A stretch of 64,000 nucleotides of DNA from an uncultured Acidobacteriota bacterium (GTDB lineage: Bacteria > Acidobacteriota > Thermoanaerobaculia > UBA5066), in assembly GCA_963779415.1 (NCBI GenBank), contig CAVZYA010000001.1, positions 1,664,001 through 1,728,000 on the forward strand. Reading direction: 5' to 3'. Under the pieces are notes generated by a model, which was not told the DNA's origin, did no database searches, and was given only the letters and a program-made list of their open reading frames with translations. Made by a program: the position numbers and the translations under genes. Of the stretch, positions 10,680 to 20,718 are shown in pieces (positions within the stretch are counted from its first letter, which is position 1; each line of letters opens with the position of its first letter).

Positions 10680-11722
10680 CCTCAGCGAGAGCCCGGCCGG
10701 AGGCGTCCGCGACCGCCCGCGCGTGCCACGGGATCTCGTCGAGGAGCGGCCGAAGGCTCTCCGGCGGCGCGAACGCCCGCTCCTCCGAAGAAAGCGGAGC
10801 CCACGCGAAGACGGCGAAGGAGCGCAGCGGGGAGAGCGCGACTCCGAGGGCCGGCCCCTCCCACGCGAGACGCGCGGCGACGGGAAGGTCGGGCCATGCG
10901 CCGGCCGGCGTCTTCGCGAGCGCCTCGAGCGCCGCCGCGCCCCGGGCGCCGAAGTGCGTCGTGAAGATAGCGGCGCTCGGACTCTCCGAACCAGGCCGTG
11001 GCCCGCGGCTCTCCGCCGGTCGTCCGGCCGTAGGGATGGATGGCCCGTGCCGCACCTACCAGGAAGAGATTTCCGCCGGCGCGCCGGAGACGCCGCTGCC
11101 AGTCGTTCTCTTCGTAGTAGAGCCGATAGCCCTCGTCGAACGGCCCGACGGCTTCGATCGTCCGACGGGAGACCGCCATCAGGGCGCCCGGGATCGCCGA
11201 CACCTCGAGCGTCTCCCGGCGCCACAGCGCCGGCGCGGCGTGCAGGGTTCGCCGCAGGCGGCGCGCGAAGACGCGGCGGGCTCCGGCCGGCTCGAGCGCG
11301 AGGCGGCGGCGCGCGAGGTCGAGCGGCCCGGGCTCCTCGAACGGAGGGATCAGGATCGTCGCTTCGGGATCGAGATAGGTCTTCGGGCCCGCGAGGAGAA
11401 GGGGCCCGCTCCGGACGCACTCCGCGAGCGCGGCGACGGCGCCGGGAAGGACGGAGACGTCCGGGTTCATCAGGAAGAGGACGTCCCCCCGCGCCGCCGC
11501 GATCCCCTGGTTCAGGCCGGCGGCATAGCCGAGGTTCCGCCCCGGGTCGATCGTCACGTCGGCGACTTCCGAAACGGCGCGAACCTCCTGCGGGTCCTGC
11601 GAGTTGACGACCGCCACGGCCTCGAGAAGCTCCCCCGCCTTCGCCGCGTCCTCGCGGAGAAGGGCGATGGCGCGCGCCGTGAGGGGCGCCGAGCGGTAGC
11701 TGACGACGACGACGGAGATCAC
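10663..11722 (-). CDS. Glycosyltransferase family 2 (rhamnosyltransferase-like; frameshift near 11040)
   Basis: ISVVVVSYR, NLGYAAGLNQG, FLMNPD, FDEGYRLYYEENDW. Confidence 0.8.
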
Positions 11723-11771
11723 GCGGCGGAGGACTCCCGGCTCTCCGGCGCTACGGTACACTGCCCTCAGG

Positions 11772-12740
11772 GTGGCTGTCCTCGTCCGCCTCGCGGAGCC
11801 TCGAGACCGCGCCGCGATCCACCGCCTCTTCCGAGCCGCTTTCGGCTCCGACGCCGACCTCGCCGTCTGGGAGTGGAAGTACGACCGGAACCCGAACCCG
11901 GCCCCGTCGGCCGTCGCGATCGAGGGAGACCGCGCCTTCGGGTTCTACGGCGGTTGCGGCACGCGCTACCGCGGCGCGGCGGGCGACTTCCCGGGCGCCT
12001 CCGCCGTCGACGTCATGACCGACCCGGAGGCGCGCACCCTCGGGCACCGGTCGCTCTTCCGCGACGTCGGAGAGGAGTTTTGCCGCCTCTGCCGGGAGGC
12101 GGGGATTCCCTTCTACTTCGGATTCCCCAACGAGCGCGCCCGGATCATCGGCGAGCGGACTCTCGGCTACCGCTCCGTGGAGCCGGCGGGTCTCTCGGTG
12201 CGCCTCATAGGCTTGCCGACGCTGTACGGGCGGCTCCGGCGCCGCCTCCTTCGCACGCGGACCGGTGCGTCCTTCTCCGCCGGACACGACGCCCTCGCCG
12301 ACGCGATCCATGCTCGCCCCGGATGGCGGACGGACCGCTCCCGAAGGACGCTCGACTGGCGCTTCTCGCCGCACGCCGGGACGGCCTACCGGATCGTGGA
12401 GCTGCTCGATGGGCGAGCGGCGTCGCGCGGCTACGCCGTCGTCCGTCTCGTCCTGGAACGGGCGCTCCTCGTGGACATGGAAGTGCGGGACGAGGAGTCC
12501 GGGGACGTCGGGGACCTTCTCGAGGCCGTCTCCGGCTCGCTCGAAGGCTCCGGCGCCACCCGTCTGGAGCTTCGGGCCGCCGCCTCCTCGCGCCTCGCGG
12601 CGCGCCTCGAGGCCGAGTTCGGCTTCGCGCGCGAGCCTTCCGACTGCCACTTCGAGATCCGCCCCATCGACCCGGGCTTCGACGCGCTCGCCGCCGGGCG
12701 CGCCTTCGACTACCGCTTCGCCGACCACGAGATCTTCTAG
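11772..12740 (+). CDS. GNAT family acyltransferase
   Basis: WEWKYDRNP, AVDVMTDPEAR, YFGFPN; resembles Acetyltransf_9-type proteins of glycan loci. Confidence 0.8.
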   Translation: MAVLVRLAEPRDRAAIHRLFRAAFGSDADLAVWEWKYDRNPNPAPSAVAIEGDRAFGFYGGCGTRYRGAAGDFPGASAVDVMTDPEARTLGHRSLFRDVGEEFCRLCREAGIPFYFGFPNERARIIGERTLGYRSVEPAGLSVRLIGLPTLYGRLRRRLLRTRTGASFSAGHDALADAIHARPGWRTDRSRRTLDWRFSPHAGTAYRIVELLDGRAASRGYAVVRLVLERALLVDMEVRDEESGDVGDLLEAVSGSLEGSGATRLELRAAASSRLAARLEAEFGFAREPSDCHFEIRPIDPGFDALAAGRAFDYRFADHEIF

Positions 12741-13735
12741 CCCCGGAAGATCGCCTCCAGCCGGTCGAGGACGGGCCCGAGGCGGAACGTCGCGGCCACC
12801 TCCATCCCCCGGCGGCGGCGGGCTCTCCAGAGGCTCTCGTCGTCGAGAAGCCGCACGGCCTCCCGCGCCATCGCGGCGTCGTCCCCCGGCGTCACGAAGG
12901 TCGCGGCGTCGCGAGGAATCGGAGCATACGAGGGGATCTCCGTCAGGATGACCGGCGTGCCCGAGGCCATCGCTTCGAGCGGCGGGAGCGGGAAACCCTC
13001 CGCCTCGAAAGACGGGTGAATGAGGAGGTCGAGGCCCCGGTAGAAACCGGCCATCTCCGTGACGCTCGCGCCGTGACGGTAGAGATCGCTGGCCAGGAGA
13101 ATCCGCTCCGCCGGGGACTCGGGAAGCTGGCTGGCCCGATGCAGCGTGACGGCCCGTCCCGAAGCCTTCAGCCGCGAGATTGCCGCGAGGGCGACCGGGA
13201 TCCCCTTGTTGGCGGCTTCGAAGGGCCCGACGACGCCGATCACCGGAGGCCGGCGCGGCCCGTCCGGCTCCGGCCCGGCCGGACGGTAGTCCTCGGGCCG
13301 GATGGCCTGTGGCAGGACGTGATAGGGCCCCGGATACCGTCCCTCGAAGAGTCCGAGGAGATGGGCCGAGATGAGGAGCTTCGGGATCGGCTGCCCGTAG
13401 GCCTCGTCGATCTCCTTCCGGCGGTGGGCCGTATTCGGATAGATCGCTTCCCAGCCCTGGCTGAAGTGAAAGATCTTCGGCGCAAGCCGGGCGCGGACCG
13501 TCGGGACGACGGTCGGGAACCAGGTGGCGACATGGACGTCCGCCGGGGGAATGGTCGATGCGTCGAACTGCGCCACTTCGGTCACGGGGACCCGGATCGG
13601 GATCCAGGGGTGCCGGGAGTCCCGCGTCACGATGGAGACTTCGTGGCCCCGGGACGCGAGTCCCTCGGCATGCTCGATGATGACCTTCACGCCCCCCGAG
13701 ACTTCCAGGGATTCGACGACGTAGACGACCTTCAT
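12737..13735 (-). CDS. Glycosyltransferase family 4 (WsaF-like)
   Basis: SGGVKVIIEHA, VATWFPT, EGFPLPPLEAMASGTPV. Confidence 0.9.
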   Translation of the reverse strand: MKVVYVVESLEVSGGVKVIIEHAEGLASRGHEVSIVTRDSRHPWIPIRVPVTEVAQFDASTIPPADVHVATWFPTVVPTVRARLAPKIFHFSQGWEAIYPNTAHRRKEIDEAYGQPIPKLLISAHLLGLFEGRYPGPYHVLPQAIRPEDYRPAGPEPDGPRRPPVIGVVGPFEAANKGIPVALAAISRLKASGRAVTLHRASQLPESPAERILLASDLYRHGASVTEMAGFYRGLDLLIHPSFEAEGFPLPPLEAMASGTPVILTEIPSYAPIPRDAATFVTPGDDAAMAREAVRLLDDESLWRARRRRGMEVAATFRLGPVLDRLEAIFRG

Positions 13736-14925
13736 TCCGGATTCATCCGGCCCCAGACGATGGGGACGGACATCAGTCCGACCCGCCAGGTCGCCGACTC
13801 GACGTGAAACGTCTGGTCGCTCCGGGAGTCGTAGAGGGCGAGGGCGTTCTCGTCCCCGATGTAGGCGTGAACCACGAACTCGCCCTTCCCCAGCGGAAGC
13901 GCGTCGAGGCCGATCCGGACCCGGTAGCGGTCTTTTCCGACGAAGGGACCGATGCCGTCGAGACGCGAATCGGCCGAGAAGCAGACGACGTTGTCGCGCG
14001 TGGAGACCGCGAAGTGGATCTGGAGCGGGCGCGTCGCCTCGTCCGGAGAGAAGTCCAGCTCCACGCCCCACGGCTCTCCCGGGCGGAACTCGCTCCGGGG
14101 GGCGCCGTCCGCCCCGACGACCCGGACGTCCCGGAAGCGCGCGTGCGACTCCGCCTGCGGCGCGGCGTGCGGCGGACGCGATTCCTCCTTCGCCGCGAGG
14201 TACTTCTCGTATTCGAGGACGACTCGCTGCGCGTCGCCCTCGCCCGCCACCGAGCCTTCGCGGAGCCAGATCGCTTCGTCGCAGATGGTCGAGACGTAGT
14301 ACATCGCGTGGCTGCAGAAGAAGATCGTCCGCCCCGAGGACTTCAGCTCGAGGATCCGGTCGACGCACTTCTTCTGGAAGCGCCCGTCCCCCACCGCCAG
14401 CGCCTCGTCGAGGATGACGACGTCCGGGAGAGCCGCCGTCGCGACGGCGAAGGCGAGGCGCATCTGCATCCCCGAGGAGTAGGTCTTCACCGGCCGGTCG
14501 AAGAACTCGCCGAGGTCGGCGAATGCCTCGATCTCCGGAAGGGCCGTCCGGACCTCCTCGCGTGAAAGGCCGGTCAGGGCGGCCTGAAGCATGACGTTCC
14601 GCCGCCCCGTCTCCTCGGGATGGAACGAGGAGCCGAGCTCCAGGATCGACGCGACGCGCCCCGGGACGTGGACCGTTCCGGACGTCGGCGCCGTCGTCCC
14701 GGCGAGGATCTTGAAGAGCGTGCTCTTTCCCGATCCGTTCTCCCCGATGAGGCCCAGAACGGCGCCGGGAGCGACACCCCCCGAGACGTTCCGGAGGGCA
14801 TGCACCTCCGCATGGCGGGGGCGCCCCGTCGCCGCCTCCACGAGCCGGTCGCGCGGCGTCCCATAGATCCGGTAGACCTTGCTGACGCCCGAAAAGCGGA
14901 TCCCTTCCCTCTCCATCGCCGGCAT
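13732..14925 (-). CDS. wzt: Polysaccharide ABC exporter ATP-binding protein with Wzt_C domain
   Basis: GENGSGKST, YSSGMQMRLAF, ILDEALAVGD, plus C-terminal carbohydrate-binding extension. Confidence 0.93.
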   Translation of the reverse strand: MPAMEREGIRFSGVSKVYRIYGTPRDRLVEAATGRPRHAEVHALRNVSGGVAPGAVLGLIGENGSGKSTLFKILAGTTAPTSGTVHVPGRVASILELGSSFHPEETGRRNVMLQAALTGLSREEVRTALPEIEAFADLGEFFDRPVKTYSSGMQMRLAFAVATAALPDVVILDEALAVGDGRFQKKCVDRILELKSSGRTIFFCSHAMYYVSTICDEAIWLREGSVAGEGDAQRVVLEYEKYLAAKEESRPPHAAPQAESHARFRDVRVVGADGAPRSEFRPGEPWGVELDFSPDEATRPLQIHFAVSTRDNVVCFSADSRLDGIGPFVGKDRYRVRIGLDALPLGKGEFVVHAYIGDENALALYDSRSDQTFHVESATWRVGLMSVPIVWGRMNPE

Positions 14926-14931
14926 GTTGCC

Positions 14932-14961
14932 AAAAAAATGGCCCGGGCGGGCGCCCGGGCC
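14932..14961 (-). terminator. Intrinsic terminator after the giant protein gene
   Basis: Minus strand GGCCCGGGC-loop-GCCCGGGCC followed by ATTTTTTT. Confidence 0.75.
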
Positions 14962-15006
14962 TGAACGAGGGATACGCCCGATTATTCGGGCCTGGGGAAA
15001 GGGTTC

Positions 15007-18000
15007 CTATTGCTGGGGGCGGCCCACCATCACCATCGAGTCGCCGGTGACGTTGTCATTGATCGACGCGTACGCGCCGATCGTGCCGCCCGTGACCTGG
15101 ACCTCGATGGAGTACTTGTTTCCGGTCCCGAAGTTCGTGATCGCCGGGAAGAGGTTCTCGAGCGACCGCTGGACGAAGGGCTCGGCGGACGTGAGGGATA
15201 GGGTGGTCCCCAGGAGGGGAGGCCCGCCGGAGTTCTGGTAGAGACGCACCTGCGCGGTGCCGGTCGCCCCCGAAAGGAGGACGAGGGCCACGTTCGTCCG
15301 GAAGCCGCCGGCCCCGCCGTTCGGAACCGCGCGCGGGATGAGGAGGCGGCTCGCCGCGCCGGGCGCCGCCGAGGCCCCGTGGATGGCCGCGACGAACCCC
15401 GGTACCTGCGTTCCGAAGTTCCCGGTCGGCGTGGCGTTGTACGTCTCGGCGCGGACGAGGAGCGGATCGGTATCCAGATCCGCGGGCGCGATGTCGATCC
15501 ACGACGTCGTGTAGTCGGTGTCCTCGTGGACGACCACGTCGTTCTGGGTGAGCCACTCCTTCACGAAGTCCTCGAAGACGACCGTCTGCCCGGCGAGGAG
15601 GGTGATGTTTCCGGCAGACGTTCGACGCGGATCGCACGTGGAGGTTCCCTGGACGCACTTCAGGTACGAGAAGGAGAGCTGCACCGTGCGCGCTGCTGAC
15701 GACGGGTTGAACATCACGAATCGGCTCCGGAAGAGCGCCCCGAACTGCCCGTTCGCCCGGACGACGGCCGGGACGCGGTAGCTCGTAGCGATCGACCCGT
15801 CGTTCGTCATGAAGACGGAGTCGGACGAGCCGATGTCCTTGAGCGACGTGTAGGGGACGACCGTTCCGCCCCCCGCCACGCTCACCGTCATGAAGTAGTT
15901 GTCCTCGGGCTGGCCGACGATGTCCCACGCCGCTCCCGTCGGGACGGGGCTCGTGAGCGCCTTCGTGATCTGCCTCGTCTCGTTCGGCTTGAGCGTGAGG
16001 GTCACCTCCGAGCCGAGCTTCTGGAAGAGCGTCGCGAGGCTGGAGGAGTAGAAGTTGACCTTCAGGGTCGTCGAAACGTCGCCGGGGTTCACGAAGCCGA
16101 CGTTCGTGTAGGCCGGGGAGACGTTCGGATAGGAGACGAGCGGGCTCCGGCTGGAGAAGTCCGGAACGTCCCGCAGGCCCGGAAACTCCGTGAGAGCCCC
16201 GGACGAGGCGGACGAGATCGCCTCCGAAAGACGAACGGCCGGGATCGCGACCCCGTAGGTTCCCTTCGTCGGGTCGCCGCCGTTGTTGTTGTACGTGGAG
16301 GCCCAGATCACCGGCGTGGCGCTGTCCGGGATGACGTCGCCCCTGACGATGAGCGCCGTGGCGGGTCCTCCCTGGGCCTTTGCGAACTGGCTCTGGAGGA
16401 TGTTCGTGTAGCTGCGGCTCTCCATCGGCGAGAGCGTGATCGACCTCGTGACGGAGGCCGGGAACGCTCCGTCGGCGAGCGAAAGCGAGAGGCTCATCGG
16501 CTGCGTCGTGCTCGGGTTCTGGATCACGACGTCCGAGACGTAGAACGAGTTCGGCAGGACTCCGGAGGCGTACGCCAGCCCCGGAACGATCCACTTCGGC
16601 GTATAGCTGGCGACGAACGTCGTCGGGAGCGGGGTCGTGAACGTGCTGGCGCCGAGGGTTTCCGTCAGGACGACCGTGTAGCTCCCCGGGGCCGCGTAGG
16701 AGTGCGCGACGTTCGGTCCGGAGCCGGCCGGCGTCCCGTCACCGAAGTTCCACGAGTAGGTTGCGGCGAACTGCTTGTCCAGCGGGACCTGAAAGAGGAT
16801 CACCCGGCCCGGGTCGACGTGGTTCGGGTCGAGGGGACCGCCGTCATACGAGAAGAAGGAATACTCGCCCGTCGGGACCCCCGCCACGGGGAAGACGGCG
16901 TGCGAAACGCTCTGGCTCCCGAATGTCAGCGTGACGACGCGGGGATCCAACGTCGAATAAACATGAGACGTCGGATTCACGGTGTCCGAGCTTCCGTCTC
17001 CGAAGTTCCAGGAGAGGGCCCCGGAGAGCGGCGTCGTCGTCCCCTGCACGACGCCCGTGAAGGTCGTCGACCGCCCCACGACGACGAGGAAGCTCCCGTC
17101 GGTTCCGGGCGCGATGCTCGGGCGTGTCGCGTCGGAGAGGATGAATTCGGGCACCTGCATCGTGCCGCTGATCAGGATGCCGAGGCTGATCGAAAGCGTC
17201 GTGTTCGTGACGGTGGCCGTCCCGGGAGCGAGCGGCGTGAAGGTGAACGCACTCCCGGTTCCGGACGAGGGGCTTGCATTCACGCCGGTCACGGTCCAGT
17301 TGTAGCTTCCCGACTGCTGCACGGAGCCCTGGAAGATGCCGACGGTGATCGCGGTTCCGGTCGTTCCGGTATAGGGCGTCGAGCAGCCGCCGAAGGTGCA
17401 GGGCGACGCCCCCGATGTCGGTGCCATCACGTTCGTCGGCCCTGCGGGGGCCTGAACGTTGATCGTCCTGTTCCCTGTTCCCGAGGCCCCCAGGGAGTCG
17501 GTCACCGTGCAATGGACGTAATAGACCCCCACCGTGCCGTACGTCTTGTTGATGCTGGCGTAGGGAAGGCTCACCGGCGAGCCTCCGTCCCCGGTGTCCC
17601 AGAGGTACGCGGTGTAGCTCCCCGACCCGCCCGTGGCGGCCGCCGTGATCGTGATCGGGGTCCCGGCGGTCGGGCTGTAGCTCGTCGCCGAGAGCGTGAC
17701 GTTCACGGTCCCGCCGCCCCCGCCGCCGCCGCCTCCGACGAGCATGACGAGCGGGCTAGGCAGCGGCGTGATGCCGCTGGTGACGTTGACGTTGATCGTC
17801 CCCGCTGCCGTGGGGGTGAAGGTGAAGGTGGTCCCCGCACCCGAGGCGGAGGAGGCCCCGGTCACCGACCACGAATAGCTCCCCGTCTGCTGTGTCGAGC
17901 CCTGGAAGAGGGCGACGGTCAGAGGAGTCCCCACGGTTCCCGAATACGGCGACGGGCAGCCGCCAAACGTGCACGACTGATACCCGGCAGTCGGAACGAT

Positions 18001-20454
18001 CGACGGAGGGCTGGTTGACACGGTGACCGGCCACGCCGTCGGATCGCCCACGCCGGAGACGTTCGGCTGCCACTGGACGGTCTTGACAGTGCCGTTCGTG
18101 TACTGCACCTTCACCCGGAGCCAGTACGTCCCCGCCGTGGAAGGAGAGGGAATGGTAGTGGAGCCGCCGGAGAACGAGAGCGGAAGGTAGCTCCCCTCCG
18201 TACACGAACCGGCCGAGGCATCGCAGAGGTTGTAGGAGTAGCTGATGTTCGTGCTGCTCCCCGGCTGCGACTGGTTCGTGATGTTGATGGTCCCGCCGAC
18301 ATAGGCGGTCCCGGCGGCAGTGAACGAGGCGACGAAGTCGGTGACGTTTACGACGAAGGAGCCAGCCTTCGGGAGGGTGCAGGGGCTTCCGCAGTCCGGG
18401 GAGGTGTACCCGCCTGCGTACGAGGCGGTGAGCCAGGCGTTGTAGCTTCCATTGGCTGAGAACGGGTGAATACAGGAGGCGCCGGTGCAGCTGCTATCCA
18501 GCGTCAGCGTATCGGACGAGGGCGCCGCGGGGTTCGTCCCGAAATACCACTTGTATACGCCGGAGGTCGGGTGGCCGTCCGAGCCGTCGGTGAAGGTTGC
18601 CGAGCCACCGTTCAGAAGCGCCGAAAGGTTCTGAACCTTGACGGCAGGGACCTTCCAGACGATGTTGAACTGCGCGAGGGGGACTGTCGTCGTGTTGAGA
18701 GCGTTTTCGGCCTCAAAGGCGATCGGGAGCGTGGCGGTCGTCCCTGCCGCCGGTTGCGCAGAGGTGAAGTCACCATTACCGCCGCCGGAGGTGGGTCCCA
18801 CGGATGTCCAGCATCCGGCGCCCGTAGCCGGGTTCCCGCTTTTTCGCGGGTCGCACGGACCAACGAGGGGGAAGGTGGGCGGGTCAGGGTTGCCCGGAAA
18901 AGGATTCGCGCAGCCACTAAGGCAGGCGTCGGGATCTGCGAGCTGCATGAGACCGATCGACCCCGTCTCCGTGGAGGAGTGGTAGTCGAGGTCGAGGTCC
19001 CATCCCGTGACTGCCTGGACCGCGCTCGACGGGGTGACGGAGGGAGCGACGGAGAGCGTATCGCCGACGAAGACGGTCGCGCCGCTCGAGAGCGACGCCC
19101 CGCCGGCGGAGGTGTTCGTGACGGCGAGATGCCCGGTCGCGGGGGTCGGCCCCGCCTGACAGGTGAACTGCGCCGCGAAGGCGTTCACCCCGTCGACGAA
19201 GTACCCGTAGAGATTCGTCTGGCTCGAACGGAGCGACGCCATCTGCGAAATGCTCTTCAGGCTGTTGCCGCCGGAGGTGCTGACGTCCGCGTGGGTGCCG
19301 ATCGCCGTGCCGAATACCTTTGCCGACGTCGCGTCGAGGCGAAGCGTCAGCGTCGTCGGGTTGTAGAACCACATGAAGACGTCGACGTCGCCGCTGTACG
19401 GATTCACCGCGAGCCAGCCCGGCGAGGCTCCGGCGTACTGGCTGAAGGACGAATCGGACGTCGTGTACGGCGGGAAGGTCTGGACGACCGTCTGGGTCGG
19501 CGGGTTGTAGAGGATCAGGGCGAACGAAGGGTTCCCCGTTGAACTCCGGAAAGCGCCGAGAAGGTAGAGCTTGCCCGTCGCCTGGTCCACCGCGCCCGAG
19601 ACCGCGATCAGGACCTGCCCCGCGTTCTGGAAGGCGCTCGCGGGAACCGTCGAGACATGCAGCGTCGAACCGATGCTGCCGGCGGGGCCGGGAGTCGAGG
19701 CGTCGATGACGACGACGTTCTGGCCGTCCTTGGCGTAGAGGTACTGGAAGTTTCCGTACTCCGCGTAGCTCAGCCCCAGCGCGGAGGAGCTGAAGTAGGA
19801 AAGCGTTTCGTGCGAAATGTTTCCGACGGTGTATCCGGGGGTGTTCGTGACGTCCGCCGCGTAGAGATGCCCGAAGCCGTCCAGCTCGTACGCGATGTAA
19901 CGCGAGCCGTTCTTCTGGACCACGAGCCCGTTCGTCGACTCCGGAGTGGAGATCGATCCCATCGCCTGGAAGCCCGACCCGTTCGGGGTCTCGACGACGG
20001 TGCCGGATCCTCCTCCACCGCCCGCTCCGGGAAGATGAAGGGAAAGGAGGGCGCGCTGGCCGTCGGCCGCGACGCCGTATCCCCCGACGTAGTTCTGCCC
20101 GTCTCCGGACACCGTGCCCGGCCCCGTGGGGTCGAACCGGAGATCGTCGAGGACGAGCTGGCTCGGAGTCGCCGTGCCCGCCGTCCCGAGGTCGTAGACG
20201 TTGTATCCCCAGGTCATCGGCACCATCAACCGGTTGTTGCTGCCGCTCTTGTAGAGGCCGACCCACCTCCCCAGAAGCGCCTGGCGGAGCACGGTGCTGC
20301 AGCCGCTGCAGGTGACGATGTTCGGCCCGGAGACGAGCTGGCATTGAGCCGAGGCCGGAGGGGCACTCGCTGCCGCCACCGCGAAAACAGCGAAGAGGAC
20401 GAGAAGAGCCCGACCGATACGGCTGACGCCCACGCGAAGATTCGATCCTGTCAT
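15007..20454 (-). CDS. Giant secreted PKD/Ig-like surface protein (1815 aa)
   Basis: Signal peptide ending PPASA-Q; Ser/Thr/Gly rich; PKD signatures WDTGDG and WNFGDG x2; four C-terminal beta-sandwich repeats. Confidence 0.88.
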   Translation of the reverse strand: MTGSNLRVGVSRIGRALLVLFAVFAVAAASAPPASAQCQLVSGPNIVTCSGCSTVLRQALLGRWVGLYKSGSNNRLMVPMTWGYNVYDLGTAGTATPSQLVLDDLRFDPTGPGTVSGDGQNYVGGYGVAADGQRALLSLHLPGAGGGGGSGTVVETPNGSGFQAMGSISTPESTNGLVVQKNGSRYIAYELDGFGHLYAADVTNTPGYTVGNISHETLSYFSSSALGLSYAEYGNFQYLYAKDGQNVVVIDASTPGPAGSIGSTLHVSTVPASAFQNAGQVLIAVSGAVDQATGKLYLLGAFRSSTGNPSFALILYNPPTQTVVQTFPPYTTSDSSFSQYAGASPGWLAVNPYSGDVDVFMWFYNPTTLTLRLDATSAKVFGTAIGTHADVSTSGGNSLKSISQMASLRSSQTNLYGYFVDGVNAFAAQFTCQAGPTPATGHLAVTNTSAGGASLSSGATVFVGDTLSVAPSVTPSSAVQAVTGWDLDLDYHSSTETGSIGLMQLADPDACLSGCANPFPGNPDPPTFPLVGPCDPRKSGNPATGAGCWTSVGPTSGGGNGDFTSAQPAAGTTATLPIAFEAENALNTTTVPLAQFNIVWKVPAVKVQNLSALLNGGSATFTDGSDGHPTSGVYKWYFGTNPAAPSSDTLTLDSSCTGASCIHPFSANGSYNAWLTASYAGGYTSPDCGSPCTLPKAGSFVVNVTDFVASFTAAGTAYVGGTINITNQSQPGSSTNISYSYNLCDASAGSCTEGSYLPLSFSGGSTTIPSPSTAGTYWLRVKVQYTNGTVKTVQWQPNVSGVGDPTAWPVTVSTSPPSIVPTAGYQSCTFGGCPSPYSGTVGTPLTVALFQGSTQQTGSYSWSVTGASSASGAGTTFTFTPTAAGTINVNVTSGITPLPSPLVMLVGGGGGGGGGTVNVTLSATSYSPTAGTPITITAAATGGSGSYTAYLWDTGDGGSPVSLPYASINKTYGTVGVYYVHCTVTDSLGASGTGNRTINVQAPAGPTNVMAPTSGASPCTFGGCSTPYTGTTGTAITVGIFQGSVQQSGSYNWTVTGVNASPSSGTGSAFTFTPLAPGTATVTNTTLSISLGILISGTMQVPEFILSDATRPSIAPGTDGSFLVVVGRSTTFTGVVQGTTTPLSGALSWNFGDGSSDTVNPTSHVYSTLDPRVVTLTFGSQSVSHAVFPVAGVPTGEYSFFSYDGGPLDPNHVDPGRVILFQVPLDKQFAATYSWNFGDGTPAGSGPNVAHSYAAPGSYTVVLTETLGASTFTTPLPTTFVASYTPKWIVPGLAYASGVLPNSFYVSDVVIQNPSTTQPMSLSLSLADGAFPASVTRSITLSPMESRSYTNILQSQFAKAQGGPATALIVRGDVIPDSATPVIWASTYNNNGGDPTKGTYGVAIPAVRLSEAISSASSGALTEFPGLRDVPDFSSRSPLVSYPNVSPAYTNVGFVNPGDVSTTLKVNFYSSSLATLFQKLGSEVTLTLKPNETRQITKALTSPVPTGAAWDIVGQPEDNYFMTVSVAGGGTVVPYTSLKDIGSSDSVFMTNDGSIATSYRVPAVVRANGQFGALFRSRFVMFNPSSAARTVQLSFSYLKCVQGTSTCDPRRTSAGNITLLAGQTVVFEDFVKEWLTQNDVVVHEDTDYTTSWIDIAPADLDTDPLLVRAETYNATPTGNFGTQVPGFVAAIHGASAAPGAASRLLIPRAVPNGGAGGFRTNVALVLLSGATGTAQVRLYQNSGGPPLLGTTLSLTSAEPFVQRSLENLFPAITNFGTGNKYSIEVQVTGGTIGAYASINDNVTGDSMVMVGRPQQ
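17200..18005 (-). repeat. Duplicated ~75-aa Ig-like module (CTFGGC...FQGS.QQ.GSY.W.VTG...FTFTP) flanking a PKD domain
   Basis: Two copies visible in the translation at about 17780-18005 and 17200-17430. Confidence 0.8.
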
Positions 20455-20656
20455 CTGGTTTCCCCCTGATTCCCTCGAATGGAGCCCGCCCGAGGGCGAG
20501 CGATCAGAAATGGAACCTTCAAAGCGTACCGGGACTTCCCGGAGAACGCAAACGGCGGCTCCCGGGACCGCACGCGTGCCACAGGTCCTGTTCGACTCCA
20601 TTCGACCGTAGTGGCGATTTCGCCGGCGATCTTTCGCCCGTAAGTCCCATCCCGAC

Positions 20657-20693
20657 AAAGAAAAAAGGCGGGCGGCCCTGAGACCGCCCGCCC
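20657..20693 (-). terminator. Intrinsic terminator after the S-layer-like gene
   Basis: Minus strand GGCGGGCGGTC-TCAG-GGCCGCCCGCC followed by TTTTTTCTTT. Confidence 0.88.
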
Positions 20694-20718
20694 GTGGGGA
20701 TGAGAGTTGAAACCCTGG

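Noticed and set aside
9980-13807. 1275-aa plus-strand ORF
   Set aside because: Only the first ~155 aa (GT4 C-terminus) look real; the rest is GC-rich read-through over other genes
20613-20638. Tandem palindromes GGCGATTTCGCC / GGCGATCTTTCGCC upstream of the giant gene
   Set aside because: Short and GC-rich; cannot be distinguished from chance without orthologs
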